From assembly GCA_902593945.1 (NCBI GenBank), contig CACJKA010000002.1, forward strand, positions 80,807-144,806: 64,000 nucleotides of DNA, in the 5' to 3' direction. Source of the stretch: an uncultured Candidatus Poseidoniales archaeon. GTDB taxonomy: Archaea; Thermoplasmatota; Poseidoniia; Poseidoniales; Thalassarchaeaceae. The translations under genes and the position numbers were made by a program. Of this stretch, positions 1 through 9,264 are shown piece by piece. Each line of letters begins with the position of its first letter. Within the stretch, counting starts at the first letter, position 1. The notes beneath the pieces are model-generated. The model made no database searches and was not told where the DNA came from. It saw nothing but the letters and a program-made list of their open reading frames with translations.

Positions 1-872
1 GGGGTTAAATTCCTTTCACCGAGGTTAAATCGGAATTTTGTAGTTGGAAGTTCCCAGCGCATAGTTGGCATTCGCCAATCTGAATCTGGTTCGAACATGT
101 TCCTAGAAGAGCCAAAACGTAAGTAGGTTAAGGCGCGAAGTATCAATGCAACTCCTAGGGAAGCGATCATCATTACTTGAGGCGATGCTTTTTCTTCACG
201 GAAACCACGATATACTAGGCGATCGATTATTATTCCTGCAATTCCCGTGAGGACAAATGCACCCAAGAGCGTCCAACATAAAACTGACCAAGTGAGAACA
301 CCGTCACGAGGAGCATCATACATCGGAACAAAATAATCGCTCCAAACTAATATCATAGCTAGATACATTCCAATCATGAAGAATTCTGATTGAGCAAAGT
401 TTCCATATCTCTGGACTTTATATGTCAAGGTCAGGCCTATCGCTATAGCAAGATATGTAGATGCCCAAGTTAAGGTTCCTGTCGAAATCGAAATCAAATC
501 TAATGTAATAGTTGCACGTGTTTCCAATCCTTGGAGCAAAGCCTCCAAAGTAACAAAAACTACCATGACAAGAAATATAGGAGATAAGAAAATTAATACA
601 GTCCTTACATTACTTTTTGGAATGTCGTCAAAGAACATTTTAACGACAATAAAACCCGCCGTAATTGATTCTAAGATTTGAAGCAACCAGATTAAATCTG
701 TTGGCAACTTATCTAGCAATACTATGTCTATTAGATGCAAGAAGCCTTTATCATAAGTTAAACCTAATATTAGTGAATCTAAGAATAATATAGAAGTGAT
801 TATCACTCTCTTCTGAGTAGTGGTAAGTGAATTAGAGAATTGATTATAATTTTCACGTATCTGTTGGAGCAT
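1..872 (-). CDS. livH: Branched-chain amino acid ABC transporter permease (LivH/LivM family); 3' end cut by the window edge; absent from the supplied ORF track
   Basis: Hand translation of the minus strand from the ATG at 872 stays open to position 1 (MLQQIRENYNQFSNSLTTTQKRVIITSILF...). From about residue 130 it reads TYLAIAIGLTLTYKVQRYGNFAQSEFFMIGMY, matching the LivH N-terminal signature (NFA-x-x-E..M.G.Y). A hydrophobic extension of about 125 aa precedes it. The gene lies directly downstream of a LivJ-like binding-protein gene. Confidence 0.7.
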   Translation of the reverse strand, partial: MLQQIRENYNQFSNSLTTTQKRVIITSILFLDSLILGLTYDKGFLHLIDIVLLDKLPTDLIWLLQILESITAGFIVVKMFFDDIPKSNVRTVLIFLSPIFLVMVVFVTLEALLQGLETRATITLDLISISTGTLTWASTYLAIAIGLTLTYKVQRYGNFAQSEFFMIGMYLAMILVWSDYFVPMYDAPRDGVLTWSVLCWTLLGAFVLTGIAGIIIDRLVYRGFREEKASPQVMMIASLGVALILRALTYLRFGSSRNMFEPDSDWRMPTMRWELPTTKFRFNLGERNLT

Positions 873-907
873 TACCTACACACACACATGAAATATCGAT
901 ATTTATT

Positions 908-949
908 TTAAAAAAAAAGGGCAGTGTGGCGGAAAATCCGCCACACTGC
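908..949 (-). terminator. Intercistronic stem-loop followed by a T-run (read on the minus strand), between the binding-protein gene and the permease gene
   Basis: Perfect 12-bp inverted repeat gcagtgtggcgg (921-932) / ccgccacactgc (938-949) with a 5-nt loop. The plus-strand A-run at 910-918 becomes a U-run 3' of the hairpin on the minus-strand transcript. Confidence 0.55.
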
Positions 950-979
950 TTTACGTATCTTGTTAATCTATTAGATTAT

Positions 980-3900
980 TCAAGACATTCCGTTTGCTGG
1001 ATCCCAGCTGCGGTTGCAGTCAAAGGAAACACCATCAGCATCTTCAGTGAAATCACCAACACAGTATCCTGCGCCAGGTACGTCACCATTTGCCATGAAT
1101 GAAATGTCTCCACTTGCTCCAGCTAGACCTTGTCCTGTAGCCATCATTACTTGGCTCAGTGTTGCACCAGGGGATGCCATCTGTGCGAATGCAGCTAATG
1201 CCACAAGTACGACACCATCGAATGCTTCAGCGGTGTAAATACCGCCTGTGCACTCAGCAGATTGTGCGCAAAGTGCTGCGAAAGCATATCCTACTGCTCC
1301 CATTGAAGATGATGCTGGCTTAGTAGCAATAACTCCGTTAACACTAGATGTTGCTTCTGTTGCAAGTCCTTCTTCAGCAATTCCGTCTCCACCATATACT
1401 TGACCAGACCAGCTTTGTGCATTCATCTCATCAATGATCATTCCACCGTCAGCTGCATATGAAACCAAAACAGCTGAAGTACATCCGTTGTCAACCATTG
1501 ATTGAACAGCAGCAGAGAAATCTGTCATTGTTTCTTCATATCCAATGGTTGTACAAAGTGTGTGTCCCGCAGCTTCGAAATCTGCTGTGAAAGCATCAGC
1601 CAGACCAGATCCGTATGCGTTAGTCATATGTACTAATCCAACTGTTCCGTCAGCAGGTGAATCTGCTTGGACTACTGCACTAAGTGCTTGACCTTGCAGT
1701 GCGTCGCTTGGAACTACACGGAAGAAGTCAGGGTAAGCAGTAGCATCTGACAATGCAGGGCTAGTGCTTGCGTAGGAAACTTGTGGGATTCCAGCTGCTG
1801 ATAGAACAGCATTTGCTGCCATTGAAGCACCAGAGCAAGCTGCTCCAACTACTCCAACTACTCCAGCATCAACTAATGCTTGAGCAGCAGTTGCACCCAT
1901 GTCTCCTGAACATCCTGAGTCAGCGTAAACGATTTCAAATTGAACCATACTGTTGTATCCAATTGTATTAGCGATACCAACTGCAATTTGTGATGCTGCT
2001 ACGAAACCTGCTGCATAAGTTGCAATAGGTCCTGTTGCGTCATTTAGGAAACCAATCTTTACAGTAGCGCCCATGAATGGTGCTGCTTCTAGTCCTCCAG
2101 CTGCAGTCCACATCATATCACAGTTGTAGTAGTCACCGTATGTAGGTACGTGATTGAATGTACAAACATCGTATCCACTTCCTCCAACGTCTCCATTGTC
2201 AAGGAAAGTAAGTGTACCACTTTCTCCCTCATAGCCGTTACCAACCATCTTAAGGTGCATAGCTAAATCATCTCCAGAATCGTGTGTTGCTGCTTCAGCC
2301 ATCATCATTACTGCGTCATATGCTTCCAGTGTATAGATTCCTTCACCACATACATCATCAGCAGCACATGCAGTTCCGAATGAACCAGAACCACCAGATG
2401 CTGCTCTAGGGTATGTTACTTGTACGCCATTTGCTGCTGCTGTGTTTGTATAATCATTTAGAGCACCTTCGCCCGCAATACCATCAGCACCGAATGTTGG
2501 GATCATTGCACCCATTACAGCCATGGTCTCAATGATCATTGCACCATCTGCTGAGTAGGAAGCTAGGACTGCTGAATCACAACCTGAATCGATAACTGCT
2601 TGTACAGCAGCCGCGAAATCGGTAGTTGTCTCTTCATATCCTATAGTTGTGCACATAGTATTACCCATTCCGGTCCAGTATGAATCGAAAGAATCAGCAA
2701 GACCCGCTCCGTATGCATTGGTCATATGAATCAGTGCAGGTGAAGTAACTCCACTTGCAGCAACCATATCTGCCATAGCGCCGCCTTGTATTGCGTCACT
2801 TGGAACTATACGGAAGAAGTCAGGGTAAGCAGTAGCGTCTGACAATGCAGGGCTTGTGCTTGCATAGGAAATCTGTGGAATTCCAGCTGCGCTAAGAACA
2901 CCATTTGCTGCCATTGAAGCACCAGAGCAAGCTGCTCCAACTACTCCAACTACTCCAGCATCAACTAAGCTTTGTGCTGCAGTTGCACCCAAATCTCCAG
3001 AACATCCAGAGTCTGCTTCCACTATCTCGAAAGCAAATCCGTCATGATCTGCACTTGCTTGTGTTGCTGCTGCATTAGCTGCGTATGTGAATGCCGCCGC
3101 ATAAACTGCGATAGGTCCAGTAGCATCATTCAAGAATCCAATCTTGAGGACTGTGTCTTCAACAACAACTACAGGTGGAGTGAATGTTGGGTTTTCATTG
3201 CCCATGTAGTGTGCTGCTAATTCGTCAGCAATTGCATGTGCAAGATCTGCTGAGAATCCAACTACATCACCATCTTCATTCAAGCTCTCGAATGGAGGAT
3301 ATGTTGTATCTGAACAAAGTTTTAATTCTCCTGTTTCTAATACATGTGCTAATCTACTTCCTTCTGTTGCCATTGGGTAAGATGTTGCTGTATCTGCAGT
3401 AGTATCGTCAGTTAAAACAACATTTCCATCGAATGAAGCACCGAAGATTAAGTCATATTCTCCAGAATCAATTACAGCCGTAATTGCTACATTAAGTGCG
3501 TCTAGAAGTAAATCAGATCCTTCTTCTGCAACAGCCATCCCTAATACTTCTTCAGAGAAGGTAACCATTAAGTCGCCTTCAACAGCTAAAACAGGAGAAT
3601 CGCCCATTGCGTAATGTGCATCTCCGTTATTGATTGCTGCAATAACATCAGGCCACATTGGGAATGCTAGGATAGTAGCATCTGGCAGGTTAGCAGGGTC
3701 AGTTCCGTCCCCACTTGCCCACAAATCTGAAGTTGTACCAGCTTGTACTGCTACAACAGTTCCAGCGACGTTAAGATCTAGAGGGTCTGAAATTACTTCA
3801 GCGCCATCTGCACCGATTACTCCGATACTACTTGTGTAGTAGCCACGGGTAAAATCGACCTGTTCTTCTCTTGCGTCAGTTTTGGTCATTGAGGAGAGAA

Positions 3901-4093
3901 GTGCATCGCACATTTCTCCGGCGTTCAGGTTGGAGATGATAGGGTCCCACTCAGATGTTACGAATACTGCACTTATATCGTCAGCAGCCGTTAACTCCCA
4001 GTCTTCTTCTTCATCTCCGCCTAAGCAACCAGCAAACGCTGCTGCTAGCATACTCAGGGTCATCATCATTGCAATTATTTTCTTGTTATTCAT
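980..4093 (-). CDS. Lipoprotein with three fused solute-binding domains: a PBP2 (polar amino-acid-binding type) followed by two tandem LivJ-like PBP1 (Leu/Ile/Val-binding type) domains
   Basis: Start moved from 4180 to the ATG at 4093 (MNNKKIIAMMMTLSMLAAAFAGCLGG), which gives a signal peptide plus an FAGC lipobox. The PBP2-like block contains WDPIISNLNAGEMCDALLSSMTKTDAREEQVDFTRGYY. Two LivJ-like blocks each begin KIGFLNDATGPIA and contain GVVGVVGAACSGASMAAN and YASTSPALSDATAYPDFFR. Confidence 0.8.
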   Translation of the reverse strand: MNNKKIIAMMMTLSMLAAAFAGCLGGDEEEDWELTAADDISAVFVTSEWDPIISNLNAGEMCDALLSSMTKTDAREEQVDFTRGYYTSSIGVIGADGAEVISDPLDLNVAGTVVAVQAGTTSDLWASGDGTDPANLPDATILAFPMWPDVIAAINNGDAHYAMGDSPVLAVEGDLMVTFSEEVLGMAVAEEGSDLLLDALNVAITAVIDSGEYDLIFGASFDGNVVLTDDTTADTATSYPMATEGSRLAHVLETGELKLCSDTTYPPFESLNEDGDVVGFSADLAHAIADELAAHYMGNENPTFTPPVVVVEDTVLKIGFLNDATGPIAVYAAAFTYAANAAATQASADHDGFAFEIVEADSGCSGDLGATAAQSLVDAGVVGVVGAACSGASMAANGVLSAAGIPQISYASTSPALSDATAYPDFFRIVPSDAIQGGAMADMVAASGVTSPALIHMTNAYGAGLADSFDSYWTGMGNTMCTTIGYEETTTDFAAAVQAVIDSGCDSAVLASYSADGAMIIETMAVMGAMIPTFGADGIAGEGALNDYTNTAAANGVQVTYPRAASGGSGSFGTACAADDVCGEGIYTLEAYDAVMMMAEAATHDSGDDLAMHLKMVGNGYEGESGTLTFLDNGDVGGSGYDVCTFNHVPTYGDYYNCDMMWTAAGGLEAAPFMGATVKIGFLNDATGPIATYAAGFVAASQIAVGIANTIGYNSMVQFEIVYADSGCSGDMGATAAQALVDAGVVGVVGAACSGASMAANAVLSAAGIPQVSYASTSPALSDATAYPDFFRVVPSDALQGQALSAVVQADSPADGTVGLVHMTNAYGSGLADAFTADFEAAGHTLCTTIGYEETMTDFSAAVQSMVDNGCTSAVLVSYAADGGMIIDEMNAQSWSGQVYGGDGIAEEGLATEATSSVNGVIATKPASSSMGAVGYAFAALCAQSAECTGGIYTAEAFDGVVLVALAAFAQMASPGATLSQVMMATGQGLAGASGDISFMANGDVPGAGYCVGDFTEDADGVSFDCNRSWDPANGMS
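983..3150 (-). repeat. Intragenic tandem duplication of the LivJ-like module (two copies, period 1086-1092 nt)
   Basis: The KIGFLND codons occur at 2039-2059 and 3125-3145. Segments 1701-1925 and 2793-3016 align at a 1092-nt offset. These include a 67-nt perfectly identical core (1810-1876 = 2902-2968). Confidence 0.85.
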
Positions 4094-4298
4094 AGGATAC
4101 TCACGTTCCGGTAGGCTCTTCGACAACGTATAACATTTATAGAGTCTCTTGGGAATGTATCTAAATATCATTGTTTGCAATAGTTGGCCATGTAATAAAA
4201 AAAGGGTGCAATATTATTAATTAAAACTATATTCACCTTAAAATCATAAGAAAATAACAGACAGAGTATTTCATGCAGTAGATGCTTCTCGCAAGAGC

Positions 4299-5417
4299 AT
4301 GACTGACGCCCCTATGGATTATGCTTCTTCTGGAGTCGATATAGATGCCGAGGGAGTTGCCGTTGCAAGTTTAGTAGGTGCTCTTTCTTCTTCTGTCAGA
4401 AAAAAGGGAGAATTTGGAGCCCCTGTACCTCTACCCGGAGGATTTGGGGGGATTATTGAATTTGGAGAATACAGACTAGCTTTGGCCACAGATGGCGTGG
4501 GCTCGAAATTAATGATAGCAAATGAATTGCAAAGATATGATGGCGTAGGAATTGATTGTGTAGCAATGAATGTCAATGATCTATTGTGCGTAGGTGCAGA
4601 GCCGATTGCTTTTGTCGATTATATCGCAGTTCCGAAAACTGATGCAGGTACACATGCAATTCTTGGAAAATCTTTGGCGGAAGCCTGTAAGAGAGCAAGG
4701 ATTACTTTAGCAGGTGGGGAAACTGCCACATTACCTGGAATAGTTACTGAATTGGATTTATCTGGTACAGCACTAGGTTGGTTCCCTAAGGGAGAAGCCA
4801 TTACAGGTGAAAAAATACAAGATGGAGACATTATGATTGGTTTACCAAGTAGTGGTATTCATTCTAATGGTTATACACTTGTCAGGGCGATTGTAGAACG
4901 TTCGGGTTGTTCTTTAACAGAAAAATGCCCTTTTGACGCTAATCATGACCATAGAAATATCGAAAGATTTGAAGAAGGAGATATTACTTTAGGAGAAGTA
5001 CTACTTAATCCTACAAAAATATACGTTGAGCCATTAGTAGATTTGATTAAAGATTGTAGAGATGGAATAGGGCCTTGTGAAATCTCTGATATCAAAGCAA
5101 TGGCACACATTACAGGAGGGGGATTATCTAATCTACTCAGATTACACGATGATTTCGGATGGCATATTGAAAATCCTTTACCAATCTTACCAGAATTTAA
5201 TTGGTTGGCTGAACAAGGATCTGTAAGTAATAGAGAAATGCATCGAACCTTCAATATGGGCATGGGGATGACGCTTGTGGTCAGTAGAGATATGGCAATA
5301 TCGGTAGAAAAATGGCTGAGGAAAAGATTGCCAGGGACTAAATGTATAGGCTATGTTCACAATAAAAAGAAAGAAGTAACACATGTGGATGAGGATATTA
5401 CTTTCTCACATTATTGA
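4299..5417 (+). CDS. purM: Phosphoribosylformylglycinamidine cyclo-ligase (AIR synthetase)
   Basis: Collinear with E. coli PurM motifs: YASSGVDIDA, ATDGVGSKL, GIDCVAMNVNDLLCVGAEPIAFVDYIA, LAGGETA, SSGIHSNGYTLVR, AHITGGG, MHRTFNMGMGM. Confidence 0.95.
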   Translation: MTDAPMDYASSGVDIDAEGVAVASLVGALSSSVRKKGEFGAPVPLPGGFGGIIEFGEYRLALATDGVGSKLMIANELQRYDGVGIDCVAMNVNDLLCVGAEPIAFVDYIAVPKTDAGTHAILGKSLAEACKRARITLAGGETATLPGIVTELDLSGTALGWFPKGEAITGEKIQDGDIMIGLPSSGIHSNGYTLVRAIVERSGCSLTEKCPFDANHDHRNIERFEEGDITLGEVLLNPTKIYVEPLVDLIKDCRDGIGPCEISDIKAMAHITGGGLSNLLRLHDDFGWHIENPLPILPEFNWLAEQGSVSNREMHRTFNMGMGMTLVVSRDMAISVEKWLRKRLPGTKCIGYVHNKKKEVTHVDEDITFSHY

Positions 5418-5434
5418 AAAAATAATTAAATTAT

Positions 5435-5442
5435 GAGGTGAT
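5435..5442 (+). promoter_or_regulatory. Shine-Dalgarno-like site for trm1
   Basis: gaggtgat lies 2 to 5 nt upstream of the tandem ATGs at 5445 and 5448. It is complementary to the conserved 16S rRNA 3' end (CCUCC). Confidence 0.4.
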
Positions 5443-5444
5443 TA

Positions 5445-6746
5445 ATGATGATACACCTTGAAGGGGCCACATTAATTCAGCTGAATAACGAAATTGAAAA
5501 TGACGTAATAGGACCTTCGACAAAAGATTATGAAAAAGTGTTCTATAATCCCGCAATGTCCGGTTCAAGGACTAGAAGTATAATACTAATGAAGCATATT
5601 ATTGGATCAGGGTACTTAGGAAATTCGGAAATATATGCAATCGATGGTTTGGCTGCTAGTGGCCTAAGAGCAAGGAGATGGTTGAATGAACTTCCCCCAG
5701 AACAATCTGAAAGGCTGAAAGTGACTATTTGTGATATGAATGAGAACTCTCTAGAAAGAGCTAGGGAAAATCATCAAAAATACCCCCCGAGTAATGGAGT
5801 AGATAATTTGAGTTATAGACAAGGAGATTTGAGATCAGCAATATTAGACCAAGGTTGGCATTGGGTGGATGTCGATCCATTTGGGTCACCAATGCCGTTT
5901 CTTGATACTGCTATTCAATCACTGGCAAAAAAGGCAATTTTGGAGATTAGTGCTACTGATACTGCCGCTTTAGCTGGTTCTTCAAATACTGCCTTAATGA
6001 GAAGATATGGGGCTAGAATAAATCCAGATAATTTAGCGCATGATTCTGGATTAAGGGTACTCATGGCATGCATAGCTAGGACAGCAGCCAAGCACGATAG
6101 GTTTGCTGAACCAATATTATCTGTATGGGATTCACATCATCTAAGAATTTCTCTAAAGGTCAAGAAATCCGTAGAAATGGCCAATAAATTAGAAAAAAGT
6201 TTGGGATGGAGGGTTGCTAGTCCTAATGAAAAAGAAGTTATTGCTTCAATGAAGGAGGGTTTGACGCCTAAAAGTTCGACCGAATCTTTACCAATGCATT
6301 GTTTTTTGCCACTCTCATATCCAGTCAATAGAGAAGACAAAAGAATCTCTGGCCCGCTTTGGATTGCCCCTCTAGGAGATTCTAAAGTAATGTCCAGTTT
6401 TACAGAAGAAGAAGTAATATCCATGTGTACAACAGAATTTCATCCAAAAAATCCTATGAATTGGGATGAAAGAGATTTCGAATTGGAACGAAGGAAGATT
6501 GTTCGGAGCATAAAAAATATTAGAAATGAATCTGAAATAATTGAAGGTGAATTTCTCATTCTAACTGATGATTTGGCTAGTTGGAGAAATGTAGGTTCCC
6601 CTCCAAGCCCCAATAAAATGGTCGAAATAATAAATGAAAAAGGATTCAAAGCAGGGTTATCTCATTACCCCAAACCATCCTTTAGAACCAATGCTCCATG
6701 GGATGTGATAATTGATTCTCTGGAACAAACTCAACCGCCAATATAA
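5445..6746 (+). CDS. trm1: tRNA (guanine26-N2)-dimethyltransferase Trm1
   Basis: FYNPAMSGSRTRSI, GLAASGLRARRW, DVDPFGSPMPFLDTAIQSL and LEISATDTAALAG are typical Trm1 blocks. The start may be the second ATG at 5448. Confidence 0.9.
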   Translation: MMIHLEGATLIQLNNEIENDVIGPSTKDYEKVFYNPAMSGSRTRSIILMKHIIGSGYLGNSEIYAIDGLAASGLRARRWLNELPPEQSERLKVTICDMNENSLERARENHQKYPPSNGVDNLSYRQGDLRSAILDQGWHWVDVDPFGSPMPFLDTAIQSLAKKAILEISATDTAALAGSSNTALMRRYGARINPDNLAHDSGLRVLMACIARTAAKHDRFAEPILSVWDSHHLRISLKVKKSVEMANKLEKSLGWRVASPNEKEVIASMKEGLTPKSSTESLPMHCFLPLSYPVNREDKRISGPLWIAPLGDSKVMSSFTEEEVISMCTTEFHPKNPMNWDERDFELERRKIVRSIKNIRNESEIIEGEFLILTDDLASWRNVGSPPSPNKMVEIINEKGFKAGLSHYPKPSFRTNAPWDVIIDSLEQTQPPI

Positions 6747-7741
6747 GACATCTCAATTCGAGGTAGGGTCTTGGTATCTTCTGAACGTATCTCACTATAG
6801 CGATCTTTTCGATTATGCCAAATCGATGATATGGCTACTCGTAAATCTTCTTTGGTCGCACCATCATCAATCAATGCACGGATATCATGCCCGCCGGAAG
6901 CAAACAAACAGGTAACGAATTTGCCGTCTGCAGAAAGTCGAGCCCTTACACAATCTCCACAAAATGGAGACGTTACAGATGAAATGAATCCTATCTCTCC
7001 TGAACCATCTCTATGCACCCATCTTTCAGCGACATCACTATTCTTCATCCGTTCAATAGGAACTAGATCGAATTCTTTTTGAAGATATTTAAGAATACTC
7101 TCAGAGGGAACTACTTGTGCTAGTTGCCATCCGTTTGTTGTCCCTACATCCATATATTCGATAAAACGAACTTTTACGTCTGTATAACGGAAGTAATTTA
7201 CTAATTTACTAACTTCTTCTTCATTAACACCTTTTTGTACGACACAATTAATTTTCACTGGTGAAAGACCTACTCTGATGGCTTCTTCTATTCCTTCTAA
7301 TACAGATTCTACAGAGATATTACTATCAGACATCTTACTATGAAGTTCGGGATCTAGGGCATCTAAACTAACGGTGATTCGAGTTAATCCCGCGGAACGA
7401 AGAGCCTGTGCTTGCTTTTTCAATAAAGATGCATTTGTCGTTAATGCGATTTCGAGACCAAGATTAGATAGCATCTCAACTAATTTAGGCAGGTCCTTTC
7501 TAAGAAGAGGTTCTCCACCAGTAATTCTAACCTTTTCTAATCCTAAAGGTATGCAGGAACTGGCGACCTTTGCTATTTCTTCAAATGAAAGAAGTGCTTC
7601 TTTAGGGAGGAAATTATGATTATTACGAAAGCGTTCTCTAGGCATACAATACCTACATCGGAAGTTACACCTATCGGTAACAGATATTCGTAAATCTTTC
7701 AGTGGCCTTCCAAATTGGTCTCGAATATCGGAGGGAGGCAC
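6731..7741 (-). CDS. moaA: GTP 3',8-cyclase (molybdenum cofactor biosynthesis, radical SAM)
   Basis: LRISVTDRCNFRCRYCMP carries the CxxxCxxC radical-SAM motif. A second Cys cluster reads SPFCGDCVRARL. The protein ends in the Gly-Gly typical of MoaA. Confidence 0.9.
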   Translation of the reverse strand: MPPSDIRDQFGRPLKDLRISVTDRCNFRCRYCMPRERFRNNHNFLPKEALLSFEEIAKVASSCIPLGLEKVRITGGEPLLRKDLPKLVEMLSNLGLEIALTTNASLLKKQAQALRSAGLTRITVSLDALDPELHSKMSDSNISVESVLEGIEEAIRVGLSPVKINCVVQKGVNEEEVSKLVNYFRYTDVKVRFIEYMDVGTTNGWQLAQVVPSESILKYLQKEFDLVPIERMKNSDVAERWVHRDGSGEIGFISSVTSPFCGDCVRARLSADGKFVTCLFASGGHDIRALIDDGATKEDLRVAISSIWHNRKDRYSEIRSEDTKTLPRIEMSYIGG

Positions 7742-7828
7742 GATACCTCGTACAGAACTAGGGTCAAGAGCATTACCTGTTTAAGGACAGGTTGAATAAA
7801 GAGCACCTTTTGCAACATATTGAGTGGC

Positions 7829-8389
7829 ATGCTGGAGATAACAGAGAAGGCTCAGGAGATGTTGAATCAATATATCTCCCAAGGTGATGACCCAGATATC
7901 GCCGTTCGTATAGAAATTATTGGAAGAGGTGCAAATGGTTTCAATTATGATTTGCAACTTGTTCCATTAAAAGATGCCAAAGAAGGTGATTTGAAGACAG
8001 AATCAAACAACCTTAATATCTTAATTGCAGAAAAGAGTGTACAATACATCAATGGCACCACGTTAGACTACAAAGAAACTCTAATGGGCGGAGGATTCGC
8101 ATTTGATAATCCCAATCCTCTTTGGATAGATGATTTATCACAAAGTGTAGCAGATGTAATTGCAGAACATGTTAATCCTGCCGTGGCATCACATGGAGGG
8201 CATGTAGATTTACTAGGCGTTGATGATGGTAAAGCATACATCGCTTTCGGAGGAGGTTGTCAAGGATGTGGCATGGTGGATGTGACTCTAAAACAAGGAG
8301 TTGAGGTCATGATAACTGATAATGTCCCTGGCATTACTGAAATTATCGATACTACAGATCATGCTGCTGGAACTAATCCATTCTACTGA
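7829..8389 (+). CDS. NfuA-like Fe-S cluster assembly protein (degenerate IscA/HesB-like N-domain plus Nfu C-domain)
   Basis: The C-terminal part reads HGGHVDLLGVDDGKAYIAFGGGCQGCGMVDVTLKQGVE, an Nfu CxxC motif. The ORF track starts at TTG 7820; the first ATG is at 7829. Confidence 0.75.
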   Translation: MLEITEKAQEMLNQYISQGDDPDIAVRIEIIGRGANGFNYDLQLVPLKDAKEGDLKTESNNLNILIAEKSVQYINGTTLDYKETLMGGGFAFDNPNPLWIDDLSQSVADVIAEHVNPAVASHGGHVDLLGVDDGKAYIAFGGGCQGCGMVDVTLKQGVEVMITDNVPGITEIIDTTDHAAGTNPFY

Positions 8390-9160
8390 TTAGAATACCA
8401 TCTGCACTTCATCGTCATCGTCTTCGTCACTTGGTGCGGGCAGAGCCGTCTTTTGAGCTCTGTTGAATGCTTCTCTGACGCGTTCTTCGATATTTCTTGC
8501 ATCGTTCAATAATTCTTGAATTGGTATTTCTTTATCTAATAATTCACTTACACCTTCAACTGCAATAAGGGCTGCTCTAGCATCTGGGTACATTGGGTTA
8601 CATTCAGCCAATAAGGCTGTTACATCAAGACCTCGTCTTTCTCCCTCTGCAATAAGATACCCGGCAATTCCTGAAACTATTCCTTGTTGAATTCTACGTA
8701 TTCCTGCATTATCGAGCTGTTCTCTGCCAAATTGATTGGAAGAAACGCCCCATAATTCTCCTTCTTCTTTGATTCCCAATTCATTACTAATTACTCCGTC
8801 AATTACGATTAACCTATCAAATCCGCCTTTGATGAACCACTGTAATACAGTTTCTGCAAAATAAATATCTTTCTCATTAGGGAATTGTATTTCAGAGGTG
8901 AATACTCCGATTCCCTCGCCTTGGTATACTCTAACAGGGTGCTTTGGAACTGAATCGTGTATCAAAGCAATTGCCGGAAAATGTGGATGTAGTACTGTCC
9001 CCATAACATCTAACTCTAGAGATGATATCAAATGAGACGTGGCAATAACGCCTACTGAACCCACTGTTGAGAAACCACATATTGCTGTTCCTCCGAGACG
9101 ACTTGGGTCTGCTTCGGCATGTAAAACCAAAGGAAATCCTGTACTACTATCATCTTCCAT
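8390..9160 (-). CDS. PAC2-family protein (archaeal proteasome assembly chaperone PbaA/PbaB-like), paralog 1
   Basis: The N-terminal pattern GFSTVGSVGVIATSHLISSLELDVMGTVLHPHFPAIALI matches the PAC2 G.PG.G.VG..A..YL...L...I.S..FP signature. It has an acidic C-terminal tail. Confidence 0.6.
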   Translation of the reverse strand: MEDDSSTGFPLVLHAEADPSRLGGTAICGFSTVGSVGVIATSHLISSLELDVMGTVLHPHFPAIALIHDSVPKHPVRVYQGEGIGVFTSEIQFPNEKDIYFAETVLQWFIKGGFDRLIVIDGVISNELGIKEEGELWGVSSNQFGREQLDNAGIRRIQQGIVSGIAGYLIAEGERRGLDVTALLAECNPMYPDARAALIAVEGVSELLDKEIPIQELLNDARNIEERVREAFNRAQKTALPAPSDEDDDDEVQMVF

Positions 9161-9264
9161 GTGCCTCGCAATTAGTAAACTATCTTAAATCTCACACTTA
9201 CATAATCACTTTTTGTTAAAAAAATATACTAGGATTTAACTAAATTGACTGTTTCCGATGCACT

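Noticed and set aside
1-40. Short direct repeat ggttaaat at 3-10 and 23-30
   Set aside because: It lies inside the livH coding sequence and is too short to distinguish from chance.
1014-4133. Six plus-strand ORFs (60-83 aa) inside the binding-protein gene: 1014-1238, 1768-1971, 2972-3220, 3184-3402, 3630-3839 and 3882-4133
   Set aside because: All lie antisense to a long, motif-rich minus-strand CDS. They have low-complexity, Cys/His/Leu/Ser-skewed translations with no motifs, so they are shadow ORFs.
4094-4180. N-terminal 29 codons of the track ORF 980-4180 (MQTMIFRYIPKRLYKCYTLSKSLPEREYP)
   Set aside because: The internal ATG at 4093 yields a textbook signal peptide plus lipobox. The upstream extension would bury it and probably contains the promoter (a tataaatg-like element on the minus strand at about 4134-4141).
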